Shown here: positions 50,741 to 64,000 of the stretch, one piece after another
Position numbering within the stretch: position 1 is the stretch's first letter
How the letters are laid out: every line of letters starts with the position of its first letter
Origin: Octopus sinensis
Lineage: Eukaryota
Reading direction: 5' to 3'
DNA: 64,000 nt
NCBI RefSeq assembly: GCF_006345805.1
Contig: NC_043012.1
Location: 51,646,001-51,710,000, forward strand
Translations under genes and position numbers: made by a program
The notes under the pieces: model-generated
Database searches by the model: none
Told to the model about the DNA's origin: nothing
Seen by the model: only the letters and a program-made list of their open reading frames with translations

Positions 50741-53150
50741 CTAAATGCAAATGAATCAAAGTCAAACAATTTTAAAATGCAGCACTTTATTTCATGCTCA
50801 CGTAGAGCAAAAAATACATTTAGGCACTGAATGCTTAACCAATTTATTTTCGAAATAACTGAAAAAATTCGATAAGTTGTATCAAATGAAAAACCGTTAA
50901 AAAAAGAAATGAAAGGAATTCTACACTAATGAAAGACATTTCGCCACCAGATACTTTTTAAGAAAGCAACAATTTCTTAACCATTTTGTTTCACACATTT
51001 CGTTTAAAATTGTATGATTTATTAATTTTAATAGATTTTTTAACGGGAAACATCTTTAACAATTATCATACTTCACTTTTTTTTTTTAAATTGCAAGAAA
51101 AACAAAGAATTAGAAATTATACATCATACAATGATAGAGAATTATAAAATATTAATCAAAATTATTTAACTAAAGTTTACTCAAACCAACGATGAAATAT
51201 TGCTAGGCATTGTACTACACCGTAGTAGGCAGGGAAAATAACCAGTTACTTGGTTCTAAACATCAATTGAAATACACCACTGTTGCAGAGTTTTTACATG
51301 GCGTGTCAAATGAGCTTAATGCATCGATTCACGCAAGCCGACTGATTGCTTTTCAATAATTCTTTCTTTTATATGTATTCCTCAAAAACAGTTCAGATCC
51401 TTTCAAAAGTTCTACTAACGATGTTACCGCTTTAACAATCTATGCATTGGAAAAAATGGCAAATATAAAAAGTCAAGTAGAACATACGATATGTGCGCAT
51501 TACAAGAAAAACACCAAATTGCATAATAAAAACTATAGAATGATGAAAATCAAATGGGGAAGAAAAAAAGACACTAAAAATTATAACAAAGAAAATGGTA
51601 ATGAAAACACCAAAATTGTTTGGTTCAATCCATTGAAAGATTTTATAGGTTTTCAAATCCGTTGAGTTACAGTTACAGATGAAAGGTTAAGTTAAGATTA
51701 TTCAAAGACACTTCTGATATTAGTAAGATCACACCAGATCAGTAAAATTTCTATCCAATATAGAAATCCGCAATGTATGCTGTGATTTGCGACGAACGTG
51801 GTCTAGTAAGATGTTAAATTCCCGGATGTTGATGTTCAAATGAAGGTTGAAATTATTTCTCTTCTCTAACCCTGAATATATTCACGATATATTTCCACGC
51901 ATCAGGCCGTGAGTCACAACTCAAGCATTCTCTTCGGAGCAGCAGTAACACCATTCTCTACAAATTCTATTAACATTTTAAGCTTTTCACAATTTATTCT
52001 CCCAAACAACAATGTTGGACTTGCAAACGCATATTTGTTTCCAATTTCGAAATAAGGCAGGGAAATACTATTGATTTGAAATAATACTAAACACGTTTGG
52101 ATAGGGATATGCGAATATTGCTCGTGAAATAAGATGTTATTATAAATCATGAAATAATGGATTTGGCCTAACTTGAAAAGAAATTTTGTGAAACTGAGTG
52201 TTGACGTGATGCATATCAATATAAGGAGACAACCAGTGTAAAAACAATGAAAACAGTGAAAACATTAAGATTCGAAATGGTGGCAGGTGGCAAACGATGG
52301 AATAAAAGCCAGTGTGAAAGTGATCATATCAGTGAGCCAAAACAATGTGTGCAGTTATTGATAACTTGCAGGGTCAAAAAGGTTACAAACATAAGTAATT
52401 ACGTGATCTTCAATAAAATTACTGATAGTTTTATTTCCTAGTTACAATATACATTCTTGTTTATGTAAATTGCACATGCTACATTACCATCTCAAGACAA
52501 GAATATTTCTCGTATATTTATATTCATGCAGAAGCTGCAGGTTTATGGCGCCTGCATTATTTACAACTTTATTACATTCACTGTAAATGAAAATCATTCA
52601 GATTTAAGTTCGATGTAGGAAACATTTTCTTCAATATAAACACGTCTCTAATTCAGACATGTTAATTTTATATTCGCTATGAATTTCTGAAATGTAACCA
52701 GTATAACAAAATGAATTCTAGTTGTACGATTGCGTATAAAGCTTCACAGGCACTTGTGAGTAATGAAATTTTATAACGTCTTCAATTCATCACTAATCAA
52801 GTTAAGCGTTTTATATATTCAAAACACGAAACATTACTCAAATATATAATTCGAAAATTCTCTTTAAAATATCGCCACCTATCACTTCATTATAATGATA
52901 TTAATTACCCTGAGCGTTATAAAGTATAATCAGCTCTCTAATGTATGTAAATAGAAGCAAAACGTTTTAACTTATGGATATATTTATGATTAAACATTTA
53001 TATAACATCTGAGTTAAAGATGCTGGTAGTTAATTTTACAGCAGTTAATCTCGTACTTGTTCAAAGGACTTGTTTACAGAAATAAATTTTTAATTATAAT
53101 AAGCATAGCTATTGAAAATGTTTATGTGCATATTATAGCTATTACTTTTA

Positions 53151-53203
<53 letters not shown>

Positions 53204-54708
53204 TATGTGTGTGACAGAGGGAGTGTGTATACACACACACACACACACACACACGCATATATATATGCTTACATACATATAGATGGATATATGAGTGAGA
53301 GAGCACGCACGTAAGTGTGTGGGTGTATGAAAGTCGGATTTGATGTTACAACTGATACTTTTTATGTATTTCGTCTTCAATTATTTGCTATATTTTCCAG
53401 AATTATATTCCCCTCTCTCTCTTTGTCTATCTCTCTTTCTCTATCTCTCTCTCACTCACTCTCTTTCTCTCTCTCTCTCTCTGGCATGTACATGCTCACA
53501 TGCATATACACTCAAATACATACACATGCATTTCCTCGGAAGCATACATATAAGTATCCACAGTCACATATGTAAATATTAAGATGCACACGTATAATAA
53601 ACGTTGGTCTAGATTGCTTCAACGACAAAAAAGTATTTAATACATTTGTAGACTGATGAAGCATGTTCAGAAATCTTGTGGCACAGATAGTGGCTATCAG
53701 TATATGCTGAACGGAAATTCTCAGTCCTTGGGAATTTGTATTTAAATAGGAGACGTATATATTTGTTTTAGAAGAAAGAAAGTGGTTAGAGCTTGTTGTT
53801 TGTTGTTTCATGGTGATTGAATTAATATTTATTTGCCTTATTTGAAAACAGTGTTTTGAGGTGGATTAGTATAATTATGTGTGTGTATATGTGTTTAAGA
53901 TCCTCTATATCTGTGTTTATTTCAGTGGCTTGAGCAAGAACCTCAAAAATACTTCACGGATGGTCTCGCCATTTAATAATTCATAGAAGCTACTTGCTGT
54001 GTTCTCTATGAATAACATCATTTAAGCACCAACGAACATCTTCTCAGACATCTCTGTCCAGCAACCCCCATCCACAATATAATTCCCTCACTCGTCAACC
54101 TATATTATTGTGTTTAAATCTCAAAATAATTTTACCTTTTTATCATTGAGATTGCTCGCTGTAACGGAATGCTTATTTATTTACATTGTTTTGAATTAAT
54201 CATGAATTATTCTTTAGCTTTGGGTTTTCGTTTCAGTGACTATATTATTTTAAAATGACTCTGTAGGGTAGGTACGAGAGCACGAATCTGACCAATTCAA
54301 ACACAACATTTGTAGGATATTCGGGCCAGATATGGTCAGTTTAAATACTGAACAGTTCAATACCTTATCGACATGTCTCACTCCTATAAATACCCAGAAA
54401 ATTGCATCTATATATTCTAGGAATTCATTTCAGAGGATGCAGTTCTCTGCCTGCAACTTTATGTGAATGTGCTGCCCGGGCTTGTCAGTATATTTATAAA
54501 TCTTTCCCTAATTCACCCATACAGACATCACAAACACCCACAGCATCGCATATATCTAGCTCCCTAATTTATGCATTTATTTATACTCATATATTTGTCT
54601 GTCTATCAACATATGTATCGATATATACATTCTGTTATAATGGGGAATCCCGCCCACTTGTATGTTGTTGTCGGCACTGTAATATTCTTGTCGCAACTAC
54701 TATGTTGT

Positions 54709-54900
54709 GGCGAGCGGTATTTCGTCTGCCGCTACGTTCTGAGTTCAAATTCCGCCGAGGTCGACTTTGCCTTTCATCCTTTCGGGGTCGATAAATTAAG
54801 TACCAGTTACGCACTGGGGTCGATGTAATCGACTTAATACCTATGTCTGTCCTTGTTTGTCCTCTCTATGTTTAGCCCCTTGTGGCTAGTAAAGAAATAG
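54709..54900 (+). mobile_element. SINE family D, well-preserved body with a head deletion
   Basis: B-box-like gagttcaaattcc followed by gccgaggtcgactttgcctttcatcctttcggggtcgataaattaagtacc. Confidence 0.85.
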
Positions 54901-55723
54901 GTATTCCGCGTCTAATTAACTTTGACTCGTCTGTTGCGTTATCGTTGATAACTCCACAAGACGGTGACTTTGAAACGTCTACTCTGGTGGAAACTCAAAT
55001 CCGTATATATCACGTAACTGATACTGACGCCGACTAAGAATTCGTACGTCTCAACTACCACTGATATTTCAGCAACGACTGACTGCCTGACTTTATAGTG
55101 GCTGGTCTATACCCCTTTGTCACGTGGGATGGGGAGTACCATTTTCACAACATCACCTCTTTTACAGTTTTATATTTAAGGAATATATTCCTCTATATGA
55201 GGAATTATGTACATTATTTACATTATTTACAATTGATGGGTATGAGTTCTCATCTTGTTTGTTGTTAACCTTTCGGCTGATATACCCTCATACATACATA
55301 CCATTCATGCTCACATACGTATACACAATAGATAAAACCCTGCACGTACACTCCAAACAAATTCCAACGAAGAAAATGTTTCGTACTTCCCTTATTGAAA
55401 ACAAACTTATGAAAGGTAAAATCATGTGTCTCCGTAGTTGATCGAAGGATTCCATATGTTAATATTAAACATGTGTTTGTGTATGTGTGTGTGTGTGTGT
55501 GCGTGCATGGCTGTCTGTCTGTCTTTCTCTATCTGTTTGTCTGTGTGTTCGTGTGTGCGCGAGTGTGGATCTTCTTACAGGAAGCTGTGTATACTGTGCT
55601 AGAAATAGAGAGCGGAATAGAATTGTTGCTCAGGTTGAAATAACAGTTTCTAAGCGTATACATCTCTCTTCTGGAGAATTTATTTTTTACAAAACAAGAA
55701 AAGAATGAGAAGAGCATATGCAC

Positions 55724-56056
55724 CTTACTTTTTACTCTCTACTCTTTCACATGTTTCAGTCATTTGAGTGTAACCATGCTGGAGCACCGCCTTTAGTCGA
55801 GCAAATCGAACGCAGGACTTATTCTTTGTAAGCCTAGTACTTATGCTTTCGGTCTCTTTTGCCGAACCGCTTAGTTACGGGGACATAAACACACCAGCAT
55901 CGGTTGTGAAGCGATGTTGGGGAGGACAAATACAGAAACACAATCATTTACACACACATGCATATATATACACATATATACGACAGGCGTCTTTCAGTTT
56001 CCGTCTACCAAATCCACTCACAAGACTTTGGTCGACACGAGGCTATAGTAGAAGAC
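55724..56056 (-). mobile_element. SINE family A lacking the tRNA head
   Basis: Tail through core present; homology stops at ggctatagtagaagac. Confidence 0.88.
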
Positions 56057-56114
56057 AACAAACGTATACACACACACACAGACAAATAAACATATACACA
56101 CACATACATATATA

Positions 56115-57199
56115 TCTCTATATATATATATAAAAGAGGCTTTGGGTCAAAATTATGTGCAAATTTTCCTACGTCAGGGGTTGGCGGCCAGACCAGTGGT
56201 GGGATCGAGCTGAAAATTTACACAGGCATAGAAGACGTAATGAGGCAGTTGAGTAGGTATAAAACTCGCCATCTGGAAATATATGGTCGCTATGGTGAGA
56301 AGAATGATTTTTTATCGATTCAAGGGTGCTCTAAGCCCCTCCAGATTGGCGCGATTGGCATTTCATCTAATCTATAAAATGAAGAAGGCGAACGTTGATA
56401 CAAAGTGGATTTTTATGTAAAAAGGGGTCTAAATGAGGCTGGAAGGTGATTAAAATTTACAGGAGGGGTAACTTGAGGTGAGAAATTAATTGGTAGACGG
56501 GTTGGGGCGATACAGTGGCTGCTTTGCTGTGAAAACGGGGACTTTATTGATTTTTGGGGAAACTTGGGCGTCTAGATTGGACACCTTTGGCCCGATATCA
56601 ATCAAATTTTCAACATGGTAAAGTGGAAGCAGATTTGTAATTTAAAGGCGGAAAATGGCTGCGAAATTTTGAAAATTAAAGCAAAATTTTTGAAGTTGAA
56701 AAAATTTCTTATTTTAACGTATTTTCGCCTTTTATTTCTTATTGTTTACAGTCTTCGTTTTTCTGAAAGAAATTTACAGCTGCATGTAGCCCATGTTTAG
56801 TGCTTTCACTCGCATGGTCAATCGCCGAAAAATTCCCGAAATAAGTACTAAATTTAACAAAGAAATCCTTTTTTTCCTTATTTTTAATCGTTCAAATAAT
56901 GACACGTACAAAAGGCAAGTGTATTTTTCGTTGTCACTGCCTAATATTTCTGATTGATCTTTCAAAATATTTCTTTCTCAATTTACTCTTGATTTTATAA
57001 ATGGGAGAGAGATAGATTGAGAAAGATAGAGTGTAAGAGCGAGAGAGTCCGAGAGAAAGGAAGAGTAAGAGAGTGGGAAAGTGAGAGATAAAGGAGAGAT
57101 AAACAAAGAGCGAGAATGTGGCGATAAGAAACAGAAAGGAAGCAACAGAAAGTAACGACCACACACTCATCCGCGCGTAGAGCTGTTCACTTTATGCTA

Positions 57200-57200
<1 letters not shown>
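56115..57200 (+). mobile_element. Non-autonomous Helitron-like element (about 1.1 kb)
   Basis: Starts a|TC(TC)TATATATATATATAAAAG; internal imperfect repeats of gat..a.ctgaaaatttac (about 56205, 56447, 56594); ends cgcgcgtagagc...GCTAG. Hairpin and 3' T flank are imperfect. Confidence 0.45.
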
Positions 57201-57236
<36 letters not shown>

Positions 57237-57243
57237 CATATAT

Positions 57244-57384
57244 ACGACGGGCTTCTTTCAGTTTCCGTCTAACAAATCCACTCGCAAGTAGAAGTCACTT
57301 GCCCAAGGTGCCTCGTAGTGGGACTAAACCTGGAACCATGTGGTTCGTAAGCAACTTACTTACCACACAGCCACTCCTACGCCT
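57244..57384 (-). mobile_element. SINE family A, head and core only
   Basis: aggcgtaggagtggctgtgtggtaag head; internal deletion. Confidence 0.88.
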
Positions 57385-58743
57385 ATAAGTCTCCTTACTG
57401 CATATAATTCTTTTATTATAATCATTTATTATTATAATAGTAACCGTATATCATATCATTTCACTCCGTTTTGGAATCTTCAGCTGAAAACAACTTGAGA
57501 TCTTCAGCTTCTTTTATCTAAGGTCATTCGTAGACAAAAATGTGTGTATGTGTGTGATTGTGCGTGTGTGTTCGTGTATGTATGCAACTATTAATGGAAC
57601 ACGGATCACACTGTAGAATTACCTGTAGATGTTGTTTCCAGTTCATAAGATGCTTTGAAAAATTATTTGTATTCAGATACGGAGAGATATTGTTTAGTTT
57701 GTAGTTTATGATACTGTAAGTGGACAATTGATGGGCGATTTCTTGTCTGTTTTTTCTTTTTTGTATTTTCGAAGCAGCTACATTTAATACTTCCTTAAGT
57801 GTTAATATTGGAACCTAAAATCAGTATAATTTGAACTCAAACTGAGGAAGTACGAAACTGAATGTTGAGAGATCTTACACTGTTGTCAAGATATACTTTT
57901 GTTAACGTTAATACATTTCAGAGATATAGTCACTAAGAGAACATTTTACAGTCTCCGTACTATTCTCCAAACACAAGGACTTTTGGATGTACTTGATGCT
58001 TCATGGAATTTGACGTAGTGAGTAGATCTCTCCACGCCTAGCTACATCTGATTGCTTTTCATTTGTCTTAATTCAGTGTGAGCTTTTCGTATATTTATAT
58101 ATTTTGTTGTAAATTTTAAATAGAAACGGCAATGATATGCAACAAACATATACATGTAACTGTTAGATATTACATATCAAACTGCAGATAAAACAAATAT
58201 ACGAACCGATAAAGTTGGTACGTTTTCAAATAAGAACAAAGAGGAAAAGCAGCTATTATATATTAACAATAGGATTCATTAAAGGGCAATACAAAGAATT
58301 ATATCATTTGCTTAAGCAAATGATATGACATATTCTATTTCTCATAATTTTACAAAGAGAATATGAACGAAAACAATTTTTATACAAAAATATTATTTTC
58401 TAATCTTACGTAAATTAAATAAATGTTCAAAAATAAGCCAGCAATCCTATTGAAACCATTGTGCTAAGACCAAAATTCTGCTATTATTTTTTTTTAGTTA
58501 CAGATTTAAATGAAGTTAAAATAAGAAAACAAAAAATAAAAAGGGAAGGTTATGGCTGGATCTTTAGTAATTATATTATTCTGTTGTAGCATCTTTTTCT
58601 CATAATTCCTTCTGCCTTGTTTTTTTTTCCTTCTTTTCCTCAACTTTTATGTATTCAGTTTTTGTATTTCATATCAACAACAGTAGGGAAACAAAAATGA
58701 GAATACACGAAAAATAAAAGAATACACTAAAATGAAAATAGGC

Positions 58744-58802
<59 letters not shown>

Positions 58803-59825
58803 ATGTATTTAATGCTAAACTAACTCACAGGTTTTACTATCCTTTTTGGTGTTCCATTGATAATAATAAATCTATACGAATTTCTCAGCGCCTACACACT
58901 TTTGTTTCGATGTAATAGTGATGGCGTCAGACAAATGAAAAGTTGCGTGAGCGTTGCATGAAAACAGGTCTGATGTATATTAAATCAAATGTTTTATGCA
59001 GCAAAAGTAGAGTTATTTCATACATTACAGTGGCAATATTTCATTTGTTGGCGCCACGCAACTACAAATCAGTCAGTATTGCTAAAAAGGTCATCGGCGT
59101 AGATGATTAGGCAGTCAAAACATTTTAATGTTCAGTGTCTTTTCCACATTTCCACAGAAGATCTTAAATCTACTTGATGATATCGAAATTGAAAAATTCA
59201 CTTAATCTGACGAAATTTTCAATACATAAGTCATTTATATTTTGACTGTGTGAAAATTATTTTATAAACTTCCTTTGCTTTCTTTCTTCACATTAAATTA
59301 TCTAGTATTATTACTTTTGTTTTCCTTTGCTTTTCATGTTATTCTTGTCCAATGTTTCGCTTTTACAATGTTGTATTAGATCGAACAGCCTATATAAATC
59401 CTCTTATCATATTGATTCTTGAACTTGAATATCAAATATAAAGGCGCTTGCTTCCATATCTACATAGAAACAAACATCCAAATCGATTGATCAATTGTTT
59501 GCTCAAATCCATAAAATACCACACAATATACCAACTTCACAATACAACGTATATCTAATTTTCAGACACAAAGCTCTTCGGTGATCTAACCCATTGTCTC
59601 TCATTTGCATTCCTTCTGACTCCCTCTCGCCATTCCTCCGTCTAAATCTTTGTCTATCTACCTATCACTCCCTCTCTCACTCTCTCTTTCTCGACACATA
59701 TGTATGTGAGTGCATACTGAGAGTGAGCGAGTGAGAGAGAGAGAAATATATAGATGGTATAAAGATAGATGGAATAGATAGTGACAGAGAAAAAGAGAAC
59801 TATTCATACACACACACACTGATAT

Positions 59826-59828
<3 letters not shown>

Positions 59829-59916
<88 letters not shown>
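59829..59916. repeat. Pure (TA)n tract, about 88 bp (one of dozens of TA/TG/ATCT/ATAC microsatellites)
   Basis: Direct reading. Confidence 0.97.
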
Positions 59917-59922
<6 letters not shown>

Positions 59923-60289
59923 GGGGGATGTTAGGGGAGTGCTAGTGTGTGTCTGTGAGTCTGTGTATGTGCGTATGAATACTAGTCACAAGTCCCGTTC
60001 TTTCTCCAATTTGAAGAGAGGCTATTAATTTATATATATATATTTCGTTTATTTATGAGTTGATTTCTTAATTTCACCCTAGCATAAATAACTATAATGT
60101 TGATACTTAATCCTCTTTTAGTCAAACCCATGCAATGCTTAATTCAGTTGATTTAATAAGCATGGATAAGCAACTCTATAATTTATGAAAATATTTTCCT
60201 TCGTGCCCGTTACGCATCCCCAATTCGATGCCTTTCTTTTTTCATTCCAATTTGTAAACGTTTTAACGGTATATTTTGATGTCTAATGA

Positions 60290-61430
60290 CATCAGGTAAT
60301 ATTTGTATGTATTTGAAGATATTCAAACTATTTAAATTCCCTTTCGCAGGATAATCTAATTGAAATTTCATTGATTATAGCTCTTCGAACATGTTAATAT
60401 CTAAGGAGCATTTGAGGCACATAACATTTCATGAGTTTTAAAAATTAAATTCTGCAGCTGAAGCGACTCGAAATATTCACCCAGCTTATGGAGGAGAGCG
60501 CCTGAATGAAAGAACATACAAAAGATTGTTTGTAAAATTCAGAAGTGGAGATTTAAGCCTTCAATTTGAAGCCCGAACAAGATAACCAATTCAGTTTGAC
60601 GATAATCTTCTTTTGGCATCGCTTGAAATAGATCAGGCACTTTCAGCTGAAGAATTGGTTAGCTGGCTTCGTTCAAAGTACACAACTGTTCAGTGCAAAC
60701 TTTAACAGCTTGTATAGGTCCTAGAACCATGAAAATAACTGCCTCATGATTTGCATGAAGCCAACTGCAAATTCTGTGTAGACATTTGCTTTGCTCTTAG
60801 TCCTCGTCAACTCATCTCACCCTTTTTGGAAAGACTGATAACCGCTAATGAAAAACGTGTTATCCAAGAAAATGTTAAGCGTCGTAGACATTGGCTTGGT
60901 GAAGGGGAAAAGATCCAACCTCAATCGAAAAGGAAACTCTATGCGAAGACGTTTCTTCCTTTTTATGGTGGGATTCCAAAGGAGTCTTCCACTTTGAGTT
61001 TCTATCAACTAAGGCAACAATCAATGATCTAATTTAGTGTCAGCTTTGAGGAAAAAAAGGGCCAGCTTTAGAGACTCGAAATACAGTGGTATTTCAGCAG
61101 AACAATGCAATACCCCGCAGGGTAAAGATCACGACAAAGGAGATCGAGGAAATTGGCTGGGAGAAAACTGCTCATCTGCGTTATTCCCCAGAACTTGTTC
61201 TTTCAGAATACCATTTGTTTTATAGTTTCCAAAATTATTTGGATGGATTAACTCTGGAAACAAGTGAGGAAGTCCGACCATGATCTTTCAGTGTCTTCCG
61301 CTTGAAACCGGAGTGGTTCACTAATAAGATTAAAAGGCTTACGAGCAGATAGATAGATGTCATAGATAATCATGGTAACTATATTGACGATTAAATTTCA
61401 TTAAATAGTAAGATTTGATTACTTGATTTT
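60290..61430 (+). pseudogene. Decayed mariner transposon with near full-length transposase
   Basis: ATG at 60391 (MLISKEHLRHI...FVKFRSGDLSL), PFLERLITANEK, WWDSKGVFHFEFL, ...VIDNHGNYIDD* at about 61393; multiple stops and frameshifts. Confidence 0.88.
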
Positions 61431-61499
61431 ATTTATTTAAAATCCAGACATTTCTTATGGGATGTGTATGTGTGTGTGTATGTGTGTGTATGCGTGTGT

Positions 61500-61537
<38 letters not shown>

Positions 61538-61799
61538 GTGTGTGTGTGTACGCACATATCTATACGTTTTATATCTATAAGCCCACCAGAATTGCTGAGC
61601 CAAACGTCTAGCTTCAGCTTGTCTCTCACTTCACGTGTCTAACACGATGAATTGTCCCAACTCCAGCAGATTTATCGCTCTGAATCTCACACGCTTTATG
61701 TAGCTTGGGCTAGATATTTACTCATGTTTAACAAAATCATTCTATCTGGGAAGTTTTGACATTAATTACAAGCTTCGGACAGAATAATTTGAGAAATTT

Positions 61800-62210
61800 G
61801 AGTGGCTGTGTGGTAAGTAGCTTACTTACCAACCACATGGTTCTGGGTTCAGTCCCACTGCGTGGCACCTTGGGTAAGTGTCTTCTACTATAGCTTCGGG
61901 CCGACCAAACCCTTGTGAGTGGATTTGGTAAACGGAAACTGAAAGAAGCCCGTCGTATATATCTATATATATGTGTGTGTATGTGCGTGTTTGTGTGTCT
62001 GTGTTGTCCCCCCAACATCGCTTGACAACCGATGCTGGTGTGTTTACGTCCCCTTAACTTAGCGGTTCGGCAAAAAGAGACCGATAAAATAAGTATGAGG
62101 CTTACAAAGAATAAGTCCTGGTGTTGATTTGATCGACTAAAGGCGGTGCTCCAGCATGGCCACAGTCACATGACCTAAACACGTAAAAGAGTAAAGAGTA
62201 AAGAGTAAAG
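61800..62210 (+). mobile_element. SINE family A, near full length, (GTAAAGA)n tail
   Basis: High similarity to the other family A copies; lacks only the first few nucleotides. Confidence 0.92.
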
Positions 62211-63369
62211 ATCATTTTTTTGTGCCCACTGCTCTGAATCGTTTTGGGGTTAATATAATAATGTTTGCTGTTGGTACTTATTTCTGTCTTAACTTGATAT
62301 ACTCTCCATCCAAATATGCAACCATGTACCTTTGTTAGTAATCAGTATATATTTAGTCAATACAAGACAAATTATAATTACAATGTGTTATTTTTCTGCT
62401 ATACTTTCATCACAATATATCAACTGTATCCGGAATATAATGCGCATGAACATTATCATTATCATTAACAGAAGAAAACATTTCTTTCAAAGGAATTAAA
62501 TTATTTATCGCTTTTCATAAATCTAAACAATATATGTTTATTAATGAGTAAAAAAGAAAATTAAAACTGATACGTCATTATTGTTTCGTGAATTAAATAA
62601 ATAGTTTCATTTTCTTGTTATTTTTTTCCTATTTTGTAGATCGAGCAGGTTGAAAAACGAAGGAAAATATGAATATTTACGGAATTCCTTCACGATTTGT
62701 AATATTGAAAGACCGAATGGATAGATAAATAAATAAACCAAAACAATTATTTTTTTAATTATGAGTATATATGTTTTCTGTTATCTATGAACAATTCTGC
62801 AGTGAATGTTAGCGGTTGGAGCTCTGGCGATTTGATATCATTGATGTGTCTCTGGGTTCACAATTTCAACGCCGAAAGAGAAATATATACTTTAAGAAAA
62901 TGACAAGAATCGATCAAAATTTTGCAATTATCAGATGTTTGATATTCTTTCCTCTGACAATTAACTGACTGCAAATCTCTTATTTCAAAACTTATATCTC
63001 TATAACTAATAGGGAACTGCACAAGATTAATGTAATATAATATTTATTTTAAAATATATAGAAATATATACGTGGTATTTTAAAATTGTATTAAAATAAT
63101 TATTGAAATTTATTTCTGTTTTACAAAATGATATCGTATCAAAGTATTCAAAACATGAATTTGTAGAAAGGACGTATGTTACAAGGCGTGTAGGGGTCAT
63201 TAAGTCAAATGATTTCATTAAATGGTTGAGAACCCTAACATTAATTTCACGGTTTTGCAAACATCTAGAGAAGTAATACACATATGTTAGATAGCAAGCA
63301 GAAAAGAAAATAAATTACCAGAACTCAAGGCTGAAAAGTATATATATATATACATATATATATACACAC

Positions 63370-63400
<31 letters not shown>

Positions 63401-64000
63401 ATATAATATATATACGTATCCATATACGTGAATATCAACAAGTGAAACTAATTAGTACGTAGGTAATCGTTTTTTATTTCGTATATTTTCATTTGTCTTG
63501 CTTATTTTTACACTTTGTTTTTTTGCTGGAAAATGACGATTTTGACGTCTATTTCTACCATACAGGCTGTCCACTATTAGTGGTCATTCCTCTAAATTAT
63601 GTATGTATATATATATATATATCTGTTTGTCCACCAAACAGCTGCTTTCCCAACGGTCTTTCGATTGCTAGTGGTGTAGGTCTCTGTCATTCCAAAAAGG
63701 TTCAGTTAAACTACATATTTCGTACATTGAGCCCCAGTTCGACTAGCCCTCTGAGGTCTCCACATTATAGCATTTCTTCACTTATAAATGTTGAAGATTA
63801 GCAACAACAAATCTATCAATTTCATAAATGTAGCAGTCAGAGGATTATATCAGCGCAACCTAGTCGTCCAGATCCCAACATTATATAATAAAAAAAATAA
63901 AATGATAATAGGCATAATTAAATCTCAGAATGAGATTGAAACAGAAATGGCTTCTATACTTACACAATGATAATAATTGTATAAGTAAACTGACCGCTAA

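Noticed and set aside
51432-52219. Hydrophobic minus-strand ORFs suggesting a chemoreceptor or channel pseudogene
   Set aside because: The F/I/L richness is what T-rich DNA produces by default; no conserved receptor motif was found.
54385-54395. TATA box CTATAAATA
   Set aside because: The motif is too common in this composition and there is no linked transcript evidence.
54900-55123. LTR-like fragment starting GTGACAAAGGGG on the minus strand (similar impressions at 31230-31400 and 41130-41340)
   Set aside because: No second terminus, TSD, PBS/PPT or second copy within the window.
63620-63890. Stop-interrupted minus-strand frame that might be a decayed TE ORF
   Set aside because: No recognisable domain motif.

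Overview
AT-rich, microsatellite-dense eukaryotic non-coding DNA. The SINE families and the repeat landscape resemble an octopod cephalopod genome (Octopus-like); this is inferred from pattern recognition, not from a search. No intact protein-coding gene, rRNA, true tRNA or CRISPR array is supported, and almost all long ORFs in the supplied track are translations of (TA)n/(TG)n/trinucleotide repeats. The window is a layered transposon graveyard. It contains about 20 tRNA-derived SINE copies from 3-4 modular families and three non-LTR retrotransposon remnants: an R4/Dong-type 3' end in (AAT)n, an L1/Tx1-type 3' half embedded in (ATCT)n, and an RTE-type RT fragment with an inverted partial copy. 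It also holds decayed Tc1, mariner and hAT transposases, TIR MITEs (two with 8-bp TSDs and internal TTAGGG repeats), non-autonomous Helitron-like elements (one head-to-tail pair with nested SINEs), and several short repeats carrying degenerate hammerhead-ribozyme cores typical of Penelope-like elements. A few minus-strand exon-like islands could belong to a highly fragmented, possibly tetraspanin-like gene, but that is low confidence. The most notable observations are the GATA-repeat-embedded Tx1 element, the hammerhead-bearing repeats (including a palindrome with a core on each strand), and the telomere-repeat-carrying Merlin-like MITEs.
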